Of a stretch of DNA of 64,000 bases, positions 56,068-63,976 are shown in pieces. Origin of the DNA: Solirubrobacterales bacterium (lineage in GTDB: Bacteria > Actinomycetota > Thermoleophilia > Solirubrobacterales > 70-9); contig DATHAL010000041.1 of NCBI GenBank assembly GCA_035296705.1, positions 16,238 through 80,237 on the forward strand, written 5' to 3'. Both the position numbers and the translations under genes were made by a program. How positions within the stretch are numbered: position 1 is the stretch's first letter; every line of letters starts with the position of its first letter. A model generated the notes under the pieces. It was not told the origin of the DNA. It saw nothing but the letters and a program-made list of their open reading frames with translations, and made no database searches.

Positions 56068-57002
56068 TCGTACACCTGCCTGTACTTGCGGACGAAGCGG
56101 ATCGCGATCATGTTCATCACCAGCGTGAGCACGAAGAGGGTCAGACCGAGCGCGAAGATCGACTGGTAGCCGATCGTCCCCGCCGGGTTGTCGCCCTTCG
56201 CCGTCGCCGCCATGAACCCGGTGATGGTCGCGTGCGGGTCGACCGGGTTGAGGCCGTTGCTCGGCGCAAGGCCGGCGGCGATCAGCACGATCATCGTCTC
56301 GCCGATCCCGCGCGAGATCCCGAGCACGATCGAGGCGACGATCCCCGAAATCGCGGCCGGGAAGACGACGCGGGTCGAGACCTGGCGCCTCGTAGCCCCC
56401 ATCCCGTAGGCGCCCTCCCGAAGGCCCTGTGGCACCGCCGACATCGCGTCCTCGGAGATCGAGGCGATCGTCGGCACGATCATGAATCCCATGATCAGCC
56501 CGGCCGACAGCGCGTTGAAGACCTGGACGTCTAGGTGGAGCAGGTCCTGGAGGATCGTCGGCGTGATGAAGGTGAGCGCGAAGAACCCGAAAACGATCGT
56601 CGGGACCCCGACGAGGACCTCGAGGATCGGCTTCACGATCCGGCGCGTACGCGGGCTCGCGTACTCGGACAGGTAGATCGCCGAGCCGAGCCCGACCGGC
56701 ACGGCGACGAGCACCGCGATCCCGGTGACCAGCAGTGTTCCGATCACGAGGGGCCGGACGCCGAACTCGGGGTCGTTGAAGAGCGGCGACCACTCGTCGC
56801 CGGTGAAGAACGCGCCGCCGACCTCGCGGAAGAACGGCACCGACTCCTTGACCAGCGCGACGACGATCAGGACCGTCGTCAGCACCGAGATCGCCGCGGC
56901 CAGGAGCAGGGCCGCCTTGATCGCGCCCTCGCCCCAGCGACGGCGGCGGGCGCCGAGGACATGCGTCCCCGGCGCCGCTGCCACCTGAGTGCCGGCTTCC
57001 AC
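56064..57002 (-). CDS. pstC: phosphate ABC transporter permease PstC
   Basis: 312-aa ORF. PQGLREGAYGMGATRRQVSTRVVFP. Confidence 0.92.
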   Translation of the reverse strand: MEAGTQVAAAPGTHVLGARRRRWGEGAIKAALLLAAAISVLTTVLIVVALVKESVPFFREVGGAFFTGDEWSPLFNDPEFGVRPLVIGTLLVTGIAVLVAVPVGLGSAIYLSEYASPRTRRIVKPILEVLVGVPTIVFGFFALTFITPTILQDLLHLDVQVFNALSAGLIMGFMIVPTIASISEDAMSAVPQGLREGAYGMGATRRQVSTRVVFPAAISGIVASIVLGISRGIGETMIVLIAAGLAPSNGLNPVDPHATITGFMAATAKGDNPAGTIGYQSIFALGLTLFVLTLVMNMIAIRFVRKYRQVYE

Positions 57003-57043
57003 CGTGTGCTCTGAGTGTCGGCCGGCGGCCCCTCGAGGGGTCT

Positions 57044-58018
57044 TCAGCCGACCGCCTTCCCGACGGCAGCCTGCGCCTCGGAGCCCTGCTGGTCGTCCAT
57101 GGGCACCACGAGCGCGGACTCCGCGATCTGGTCGTAGTTGTCGGCGACGAACTGGACGAAGGCCTTCACCTCGGGCTTCTGGACCGCGTCCTCGGACGGG
57201 TACATGAAGATCGGCCGGGAGAGCGGCGCGTAGGAGCCGTCCTGGATCGTGTCGGCGCTCGGCGCGACGCAGCCCTTGCCGTCATCGACCGAGACCAGGT
57301 TGAGCGCATCCTGGTTCTGCTCGTAGTAGCTAAAGCCGAAGTAGCCGAGCGCGTCCTGGTCGCCCTCGACGCCCTGGACGAGCACGTTGTCGTCCTCCGA
57401 TGGCGTGTAGTCCTTGCGGCTGACGCCCTCCTCGCCGTTGATCACGTCGGTGAAGTAGTCGAACGTGCCGGAGTCGGTCCCCGGGCCGTACAGGCTGACC
57501 GAGGCGTCCGGGAGCGCGTCCCCGGTGTCGGCGTCGGTTCCGAGCTGGCTGTAGCTCGTCACCTTGTCGTCCGCCCACAGCTGCCTGAGCTGATCCGTCG
57601 TCAGGCAGCTGATGTCGAGCGAGGGGTTAGTGACGATGGAGATGCCGTCGTTGGCGACCTGGAAGTCGAAGTAGGAGACCCCACCCTTCTTGCAGGCGTC
57701 GACCTCCTCCGGCTCGATTGGCCGCGAGGCGTCGGAGATGTCCGTCTCGCCGGCGCAGAACTTCTCGAAGCCGCCGCTCGTGCCGGCGGCGCCGACGGTG
57801 ATGTTCACATCGGGGTTGGCATCGTTGAAGAGCTCGGCGGCCGCCTCGGCGAACGGCTGCACCGTGCTCGATCCGTCGATCGTGATCGATCCGGAGAGGC
57901 CCGAGGCGCCGTCGTCGCCACTCGATGCCTCGCTTGAGTCGTCGTCTCCGCATGCCGCGACGCCGAGCGCTAGAACCGCGCCGGCGCAGGCGGCGGACAG
58001 CCACTGCTTAGAGATCAC
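57044..58018 (-). CDS. pstS: phosphate-binding lipoprotein PstS
   Basis: GTG 58018 preceded by GAAGGAG. Signal peptide with lipobox GVAACG. ITIDGSSTVQP, GAAGTSGGFEKFCAGETDISDASR. The ORF-track start at 58069 lacks an SD. Confidence 0.92.
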   Translation of the reverse strand: MISKQWLSAACAGAVLALGVAACGDDDSSEASSGDDGASGLSGSITIDGSSTVQPFAEAAAELFNDANPDVNITVGAAGTSGGFEKFCAGETDISDASRPIEPEEVDACKKGGVSYFDFQVANDGISIVTNPSLDISCLTTDQLRQLWADDKVTSYSQLGTDADTGDALPDASVSLYGPGTDSGTFDYFTDVINGEEGVSRKDYTPSEDDNVLVQGVEGDQDALGYFGFSYYEQNQDALNLVSVDDGKGCVAPSADTIQDGSYAPLSRPIFMYPSEDAVQKPEVKAFVQFVADNYDQIAESALVVPMDDQQGSEAQAAVGKAVG

Positions 58019-58144
58019 TTGCTTTAGGTCTCCTTCTGAGTTCGTAATGAGTGAGGGCGGCAGGCACACGTCGGCCTTCCCTCGGGTGCGAAGAGCAACG
58101 TCGCACTCCTTGGTTCGCAGCTTGCTACTGAGAATGGGCGCCGA

Positions 58145-58171
58145 TGTGAAAAGGCTGTGACCGCAGGTGAG
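58145..58171 (-). promoter_or_regulatory. Pho-box-like phased direct repeats upstream of pstS
   Basis: In gene orientation, CTCACCtgcgGTCACAgccttTTCACA. TCAC cores are spaced 10 and 11 nt apart, and CATTCT follows 9 nt downstream. Confidence 0.4.
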
Positions 58172-58178
58172 CGCGGGC

Positions 58179-59141
58179 TCAGTCGAGCGCCCGAGTGAGG
58201 ATCTGCTCCGCTTGGCTCGCAGTCTCGTCCGAGAGCGGGGCGGTCCCGGAGGCCTCGGCTAGCGGGGCATGCTCGTCGAGTACGAACCGTAGGAACGCCG
58301 CAATCTGCGACCGGCGCAGCGCATCCCGCGACACGTAGACGTAGAGCGAGTGCGTGAGGGTGTACTCGCCGCCCGGGATCGACTCGAGGGTCGGTGCAAC
58401 GCAGCCGTCGCCGTCGTCGATCCGGAGCAGCCGCAGCGACGGATCGATGGCGCGGTAGGCGGAGAACCGCAGGTATCCGAGGCCGGCGGGGTCTGCGGCG
58501 ATCGCATGGACAAGCGCGCGGCCATCGTCGACGACCGTGTAGTCGCTCCGAATGACGTCGAGGTCATCGTCGAACGCCTGCGTGAACTGGTCGTACGCGG
58601 CCGACCCGCGACCCGGTCCGTAGAGTCGCACCGGCTCATCGGGGAGGCGGGCGCCGGTGGCGGGATCGTCACCGAGGTCCCGGTAGCGGCGAGGACCGTC
58701 GCGTGCCCAGAGCTGCGCAAGCTGGTCCGTGGTCAGGCACCTGATCGGCAGGTCCGGATGCGCGAGGATCGCGATCGCGTCCGCGGCGACGGGCAGGTCG
58801 AAGAAGACGACGCCGCGGCGCCGGCACGCCTCGACCTCCCGCTGTCCGATCGGCCTCGAGACGGCAGCGATCCCCACCTCGCCCGCGCAGAGGCGCGCGA
58901 AGGCGCCGTGGGTCGTGCCGCGGCGCACGGCGGCGCGCACCGAGGCATGGCGGCGCTCGAACCGCGCAGCGGCGGCCCCGGCGAACGGCGCGAGCGCCTC
59001 GGACGCGTCGATCGCGATCGGCCCGGAGAGCCGCTCGGGCTCGCCGCCGGAGTCATCGCCGCAGCCAACGGCGCCGAGCAGCATGGCGCCCACGAGGAGC
59101 ACGAGCCAACGCTTTCTCACCGGCATCAACGCCCCCGGCAC
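58179..59141 (-). CDS. PstS-like phosphate-binding-protein paralogue (lipoprotein)
   Basis: 320-aa ORF. Lipobox GAVGCG. PBP type-2 phosphate-binder layout (IAIDASEALAPF, GTTHGAFARLCAGEVGIAAVSR) but clearly diverged from PstS at 57044. Start at GTG 59141 or ATG 59126. Confidence 0.82.
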   Translation of the reverse strand: MPGALMPVRKRWLVLLVGAMLLGAVGCGDDSGGEPERLSGPIAIDASEALAPFAGAAAARFERRHASVRAAVRRGTTHGAFARLCAGEVGIAAVSRPIGQREVEACRRRGVVFFDLPVAADAIAILAHPDLPIRCLTTDQLAQLWARDGPRRYRDLGDDPATGARLPDEPVRLYGPGRGSAAYDQFTQAFDDDLDVIRSDYTVVDDGRALVHAIAADPAGLGYLRFSAYRAIDPSLRLLRIDDGDGCVAPTLESIPGGEYTLTHSLYVYVSRDALRRSQIAAFLRFVLDEHAPLAEASGTAPLSDETASQAEQILTRALD

Positions 59142-59158
59142 GCTAGCCGGGGCCGGGC

Positions 59159-59992
59159 TTACGCGGCCGTCGTCCTCGCGGGCTCCTCCGGCTCGACCCG
59201 CTCGGGTTCGGTCGGGCCCGGGAGGTCACCATCGGCTCCCTCGGGTGCCAACGGCTCGAACCGGTAGCCGACTCCGAAATGGGTGTGGATGTACTCCCAC
59301 TCCGGCGAGAGGCGCTGGAGCTTCGCGCGCAGCTTCCGCACGAAGACGTCCACGGAGCGATCGCCGTGCGCCATCGCGTAGCCCCACACCCGCTGGTAGA
59401 TCTCCTCACGCTCGATCACGCGGCCACTCGCCTCCGCGAGCACTTGCAGGAGCTCGAACTCGCGCCTCGTCAGCTCGAGGCTCTGCCCGGAGACGAAGGC
59501 CTGGAACTGGTCGGCGCGGATCTCGAGCTCGCCGGCGACGACCGGCCCCTCGTCGGCCTTCGGCCGGCTGCGCCGCCGCCGGCGGACGACGGCCTCGATC
59601 CGGGCCATCACCTCCTCGGGATGAGAGGGCTTGACGATCCAGTCGTCAGCCCCGAGCCGGAGCCCGCGCACCCGCTGGGCCACCGTCGAGCCGTGGGTGC
59701 AGACGATCACGCCGAGGTCGGGCAGCATCCCGCAGATCCGCTCCAGGAACTCCCAACCGAGCGGCCCGAGCACCGAGAGGTCGACCAAGAGCGCGTTCAG
59801 CTTCGCGCCGACGAGCTGAGCCTCGGGAACGCTGCTCGAGTGGACGCGATACTCCCACCCGGCGGCCTCGAAGCGTCGCGTGACGACGCGGAGGAAGGCG
59901 GTGTCCGTGTCGATCACGGCTAGACGGACTGTCCCAGGCTTCAAGCTTGATCCATCGTAGTGGCGTCCGCGCCCCGCGCAGCCGTCGTTCAC
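59159..59992 (-). CDS. orphan OmpR/PhoB-family response regulator
   Basis: Receiver (AVIDTDT, ALLVDLSV, VCTHGS, DDWIVKP) plus winged helix (LTRREFELLQVLAE..., FGVGYRF), with an acidic, Pro-rich C-terminal tail. In-frame TTG 59944 (MKPGTVRLAVID...) is a likelier start than GTG 59992, which overlaps the repeat array. Confidence 0.85.
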   Translation of the reverse strand: MNDGCAGRGRHYDGSSLKPGTVRLAVIDTDTAFLRVVTRRFEAAGWEYRVHSSSVPEAQLVGAKLNALLVDLSVLGPLGWEFLERICGMLPDLGVIVCTHGSTVAQRVRGLRLGADDWIVKPSHPEEVMARIEAVVRRRRRSRPKADEGPVVAGELEIRADQFQAFVSGQSLELTRREFELLQVLAEASGRVIEREEIYQRVWGYAMAHGDRSVDVFVRKLRAKLQRLSPEWEYIHTHFGVGYRFEPLAPEGADGDLPGPTEPERVEPEEPARTTAA

Positions 59993-60026
59993 AGGACTTT
60001 CACACGCTATTTCTCGGTTTTTTCAC
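59988..60026. promoter_or_regulatory. array of four about-11-bp-phased TTCAC-type repeats
   Basis: TTCAC at 59988, 59999 and 60022, and TTCTC at 60011 (spacings 11, 12, 11), in the AT-richer spacer between uppP and the orphan regulator gene. Confidence 0.4.
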
Positions 60027-60079
60027 TTCTCGGCGGCATCGAGTGCGGAAACTGAGGCTCACGAGATCCTCTCTCGTGC

Positions 60080-60127
60080 AGCGCGCGGCCCTCACTCCCT
60101 GCCCCGGGGCGCCGCGCGCTTTTTATT
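60080..60127 (+). terminator. canonical intrinsic terminator oriented for the plus strand
   Basis: AGCGCGCGGC (60080-60089) pairs perfectly with GCCGCGCGCT (60111-60120) and is followed by TTTTTATT. A 7-bp hairpin CACGAGA/TCTCGTG lies at 60060-60078. Both flanking genes are on the minus strand. Confidence 0.45.
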
Positions 60128-60137
60128 CCGCCCATGC

Positions 60138-60980
60138 TCAGAAGGTCGCCTCCCGGACGCCGGCGGCGATCACGGCGAGCACGATGACGCCGACGATCAC
60201 GCGGTAGACGACGAAGACGTCGTAGCTGTGCGTGCGGACGAAGCGCAGGAGCCCCCAGATCGCCAGATAGCCGGAGATCGCTGATGCGGCGATTCCCGCG
60301 GCCATCGGCCCGGCGACGCCGTCCGGCAGCCCCTCGCTGACGGCGTCATAGCCCTTGTAGATGACGGCGCCGAGCGTCGCCGGCACCAGCATCAGGAACG
60401 AGATCCGCGCCGCGGCGTCGCGGCTGAAGCCGAGGAAGCGCCCCGCCGTGATCGTGATCCCGGAGCGAGAGGTCCCGGGGGCCAGGGCCAGCGCCTGGGC
60501 GACGCCGATGATCGCTCCGTCGCGCACGGTCACCGCCTCTGTCTCGTGGCGCTGCGGGAGCCGGTCGGCGAGCCAGAGCAGCAGCCCGAAGACGATCAGC
60601 TGGATGCCGATCATCCACGGCTCGCCAAGGTGCTCGTCGATCCAGTCGGCTCCGAGGCCGCCGACGATCACCGCCGGGATGGTGCCGACGATCACCACCC
60701 AGGCGAGGCGGCCGTCGGGGTCGTCGATCGAGCGCGCCGCGACCGTGCGGAGGAACCCGAGGACCATCGCCCAGAGCTCGGCGCGGAAGTAGACGACGAC
60801 GCCGAGCAGCGTCCCGAGGTGGAGCGCGACGTCGAAGGTCTTGTTGAACTGGTCGTGATGCTCGAGGAACGTGTAGTCCTGAAGCCACGGGACGAGGATC
60901 AGGTGCCCGGAGGAGGAGATCGGCAGGAACTCCGTGAGCCCCTGCACGATCCCCAGGAGGATGGCCTCGAGGATCGACAC
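60138..60980 (-). CDS. uppP: undecaprenyl-diphosphate phosphatase
   Basis: 280-aa ORF. MSILEAILLGIVQGLTEFLPISSSGHLIL, ...PGTSRSGITI. Confidence 0.93.
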   Translation of the reverse strand: MSILEAILLGIVQGLTEFLPISSSGHLILVPWLQDYTFLEHHDQFNKTFDVALHLGTLLGVVVYFRAELWAMVLGFLRTVAARSIDDPDGRLAWVVIVGTIPAVIVGGLGADWIDEHLGEPWMIGIQLIVFGLLLWLADRLPQRHETEAVTVRDGAIIGVAQALALAPGTSRSGITITAGRFLGFSRDAAARISFLMLVPATLGAVIYKGYDAVSEGLPDGVAGPMAAGIAASAISGYLAIWGLLRFVRTHSYDVFVVYRVIVGVIVLAVIAAGVREATF

Positions 60981-61044
60981 GGCGGCGCAGCTTACGCGGC
61001 CTCGTTAAGGCCAGAGCCCCGCCCGCGGCGATAGAGTTCGACGC

Positions 61045-61290
61045 GTGAGACGCCTCGTCAGCCTCGTCGGCGCCGCCTTGATCGCGCTGCTCGTGCTCGC
61101 GCCGGGCGCCCTCGCCGCCGACGGCGTCGGCCTCTACGGGCGCACCGACGACAAGGTCGTCACCTACTTCGCGTTCGCCGTCATGGCCTTCTTCGTCGTC
61201 TTCGTGATCACCGCCTCGCTGATCCAGATGCGGCTCGAGAGCCGCAGGGAGCGCGCCGAGGAGGAGCTCGAGCGCCTCCGGCGCCCCTAG
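61045..61290 (+). CDS. small membrane protein (signal/TM + TM + charged tail)
   Basis: 81-aa ORF, GTG start. LVSLVGAALIALLVLAPGALA and YFAFAVMAFFVVFVITASLI helices. Confidence 0.5.
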   Translation: MRRLVSLVGAALIALLVLAPGALAADGVGLYGRTDDKVVTYFAFAVMAFFVVFVITASLIQMRLESRRERAEEELERLRRP

Positions 61291-61307
61291 CCCAACCCGG
61301 GCGCGGG

Positions 61308-62114
61308 ATGCCGAACGTCTCCTACGAGCGCCGCGGCGCAGCGGCGCTGCTCGAGATCACGCGCCGCGAGCGCAGAAACGCGGTCGACGAGCAGACGGCG
61401 GCGGAGCTCCTTGCCGCCTACCGCGAGTTCGAGTCCGACGAGGGGGCGCGGGCGCTCGTCCTCGCCGGCGAGGGTCCGGAGGCCTTCTGCGCCGGGGCGG
61501 ACCTGAAGGCGTTCGCCGAGCGGGCCGCGAGCTTCAGCGGCGACGACCCGGAGGAGGAGATCGGCAGATGGCTCGACGAGCGACCGGACGGGCCGCTCGG
61601 GTTCACCCGGCTTCAGGCCTCGAAGCCGACGATCGCCGCGATCTCGGGCTGGTGCCTCGCGGGCGGGCTCGAGCTCGCGCTCTGGTGCGATCTTCGGATC
61701 GCGACCTCCCACGCCCGCCTCGGCTTCACCGAGCGGCGCTTCGGCGTGCCGCTGATCGACGGCGGCACGCAGCGGCTGCCGCGGATCGTCGGCACCGGCC
61801 GGGCGCTCGAGATGATTCTCACCGGGCGCATCGTCGGGGCGACCGACGCGCTCGCCTGGGGCCTGGTCAACGAGGTCGTCGCCGAGGGCGCCCACGTCGA
61901 GCGCGCGCTCGAGATCGCGGAGGGGTTGGCGGGCTTCCCGCAGCGGACGATGCTCTCGGACCGGCGCGCTGCGCTCGAGGGACTGGGGCGCCCGCTCCCC
62001 GACGGCCTCGAGCTCGAGGCGCGCCTCGGCCGCGCGTCGGCGATCACCGGCGCGGCCGGTGCGGCCCGGTTCGCGGCGGGCGAGGGGCGTGGCGCGGAGG
62101 GCGCCGGCGTCTGA
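61308..62114 (+). CDS. enoyl-CoA hydratase/isomerase (crotonase) family protein
   Basis: 268-aa ORF. RRERRNAVD, FCAGADLK, PTIAAISGWCLAGGLELALWCDLRIA. Confidence 0.9.
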   Translation: MPNVSYERRGAAALLEITRRERRNAVDEQTAAELLAAYREFESDEGARALVLAGEGPEAFCAGADLKAFAERAASFSGDDPEEEIGRWLDERPDGPLGFTRLQASKPTIAAISGWCLAGGLELALWCDLRIATSHARLGFTERRFGVPLIDGGTQRLPRIVGTGRALEMILTGRIVGATDALAWGLVNEVVAEGAHVERALEIAEGLAGFPQRTMLSDRRAALEGLGRPLPDGLELEARLGRASAITGAAGAARFAAGEGRGAEGAGV

Positions 62115-62117
62115 TCC

Positions 62118-62987
62118 TCAGCCGATCCGGAACTCGGTCAGGAGCCGCTTCTCGGACTCGCCTGCGACCGAGGCGACCACCTCGACCTGGCCGTCGAGCG
62201 GCGTCCCGCGAAGCTTCGTCGCGAGAAGGTCGTCGACCTGGAAGATGCCGGCCGAGTTGTTCATCGCGATCTCGATCCGGACCGCTCGCTCCTCGCCCGC
62301 CGAGATCTCGATCCGATCGATAGCGGCGGCGGAGATTGAGTGGATCCCCACCTGTCCCGCCTCGACGGGGATGCGTGAGCGCCCGTGCGCCATGTCGAGG
62401 GCATCCGCGACACGCACGACGCCGGCCTCGACCGTATACGGCTCGCCTCGACGGCGGTGGCCGATGATCGCGTGGAGCGCCTCTGAGATCACCGCCGTGC
62501 GCTCAGCCTGGTCGCGGTAGACGTCGGCGAGCAGCTCGCGGAGCTTGCGCTCGGTGAGGAAGAGGCTGTAGGCCTCGTGATCGACGCGGTGGATCGACAT
62601 GCCGACGTCGTGCAGGAGCGCCCCGGCCGCGACCACGACCTCCGCGTCGCGGTCCCGGAGCCCGTGGTCGGAGACCATCGCGGGGCTGAGGCCGCCCCTG
62701 ACCAGCAGGCGAAGCAGGCGCAGCGCGATGTTGAGGACGACCTGGACGTGGACCCACGAGTGATCGGACATCCCGAGGCGCTCGGATTGCACCTGGGCCA
62801 TGTGCCACCACGTACGCACCTCGGCGTCGGCGTTGATCCCCTCGAGCAGCGCCTCGAGCCTGCGGTTACCGCGGCTCGGGGCGCTCACGTGCGCGGCCTC
62901 GATCGCCTCCGCCGGCCGGCGCCCGATCTCGCCGGGACCCGTGGAGGTCTCGCCTCCGGGCAGCGGCGTTTCGTTCTCCGGCGCCAT
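62118..62987 (-). CDS. HD-domain metal-dependent phosphohydrolase
   Basis: 289-aa ORF. HSWVHVQVV... and GALLHDVGMSIHR (H...HD). Confidence 0.8.
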   Translation of the reverse strand: MAPENETPLPGGETSTGPGEIGRRPAEAIEAAHVSAPSRGNRRLEALLEGINADAEVRTWWHMAQVQSERLGMSDHSWVHVQVVLNIALRLLRLLVRGGLSPAMVSDHGLRDRDAEVVVAAGALLHDVGMSIHRVDHEAYSLFLTERKLRELLADVYRDQAERTAVISEALHAIIGHRRRGEPYTVEAGVVRVADALDMAHGRSRIPVEAGQVGIHSISAAAIDRIEISAGEERAVRIEIAMNNSAGIFQVDDLLATKLRGTPLDGQVEVVASVAGESEKRLLTEFRIG

Positions 62988-63012
62988 CCGGCCGCGACTC
63001 TACCCTGGGCTC

Positions 63013-63198
63013 GTGGCTGGTGAGGGACCGCGCAGCCCCAGGTGTCCGGAGACCGGCGTCGCGATCCCAGAGTGCAGCTGCGAGCGCTGCCTGATCGCGA
63101 TGCTGAGCGAGTTCTCGCCGCACCTTCTCAACGGCGAGATCCGCGTGCGGCGGCTTCGCCCGCGCAGGGGACCGCCGCGCCGGCGCGAGGCGGCCTGA
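63013..63198 (+). CDS. possible small Cys-rich protein (very tentative)
   Basis: In-frame GTG 63013 in ORF 62800..63198. ...PRCPETGVAIPECSCERCLIAMLSEFSPHLLNGEIRVRRL... has four Cys arranged CPx10CxCxxC. No family recognised. Confidence 0.25.
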   Translation: MAGEGPRSPRCPETGVAIPECSCERCLIAMLSEFSPHLLNGEIRVRRLRPRRGPPRRREAA

Positions 63199-63250
63199 GC
63201 GCTTGACCTGAGATTGCGATCGGCGATTGCGGACGTAGAATCGCCGCCTG

Positions 63251-63976
63251 ATGGCCGGCATGCTCTCAATCGACCGGGTCGGGGAGGTTGCGGTGGTGAC
63301 GCTGCGCCGGCCCGACAAGCGAAACGCGCTCTCGATCGAGCTGCGGGTCGAGCTCGCCGATGCGTTCGGCGCCCTGTCGGAGGATCGCGGTGTCGGCTGC
63401 GTCGTCCTCACCGGCGCCGGGAGCGCCTTCTGCTCGGGCATGGACACGAGCCAGTTCGGCGGCGATCGCGCTCATCGCGAGCGGCTCGTGGAGACGAGCA
63501 CGCTCGCGTTCCAGGCGGTCGGCAACTGTCTGCGACCGGTGGTGGCCGCCGTCAACGGCCCCGCGCTCGCCGGCGGCTTTGCGCTCGCGCTCCTCTGCGA
63601 CCTGCGCGTGGCCTCCTCCGACGCCACCTTCGGCTATCCGGAGCTGCCACGCGGAATCCCGCCGAGCTACGCGGCGGCGCGGGCGGTGCTGCCGGCGACC
63701 GTGGCTCAGGAGCTCTGCCTGACCGGGCGGACGGTTTCCGCCACGGAGGCACAGAGGATGGGGATCGTCCGAGAGGTGGTCTCCGGCGAGGTGCTTTCCC
63801 GGGCGCTCGAGCTCGCACAGCGGGTGGCGGCGCTGCCACGCCAGGCGATCCTCGAGACGAAGCGGCGGACGCTGCTCGAGCGCAGCCACCTGTGGGGCTT
63901 TCTCTTCGAGGACGAGGAGCGGGTCTTCCGCCGGGCGCTACTCGGGGACACCGAGGACGAGCGCGGCGCCGCCTGA
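63251..63976 (+). CDS. enoyl-CoA hydratase/isomerase (crotonase) family protein
   Basis: 241-aa ORF. RRPDKRNAL, FCSGMD, VVAAVNGPALAGGFALALLCDLRVA. Confidence 0.9.
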   Translation: MAGMLSIDRVGEVAVVTLRRPDKRNALSIELRVELADAFGALSEDRGVGCVVLTGAGSAFCSGMDTSQFGGDRAHRERLVETSTLAFQAVGNCLRPVVAAVNGPALAGGFALALLCDLRVASSDATFGYPELPRGIPPSYAAARAVLPATVAQELCLTGRTVSATEAQRMGIVREVVSGEVLSRALELAQRVAALPRQAILETKRRTLLERSHLWGFLFEDEERVFRRALLGDTEDERGAA

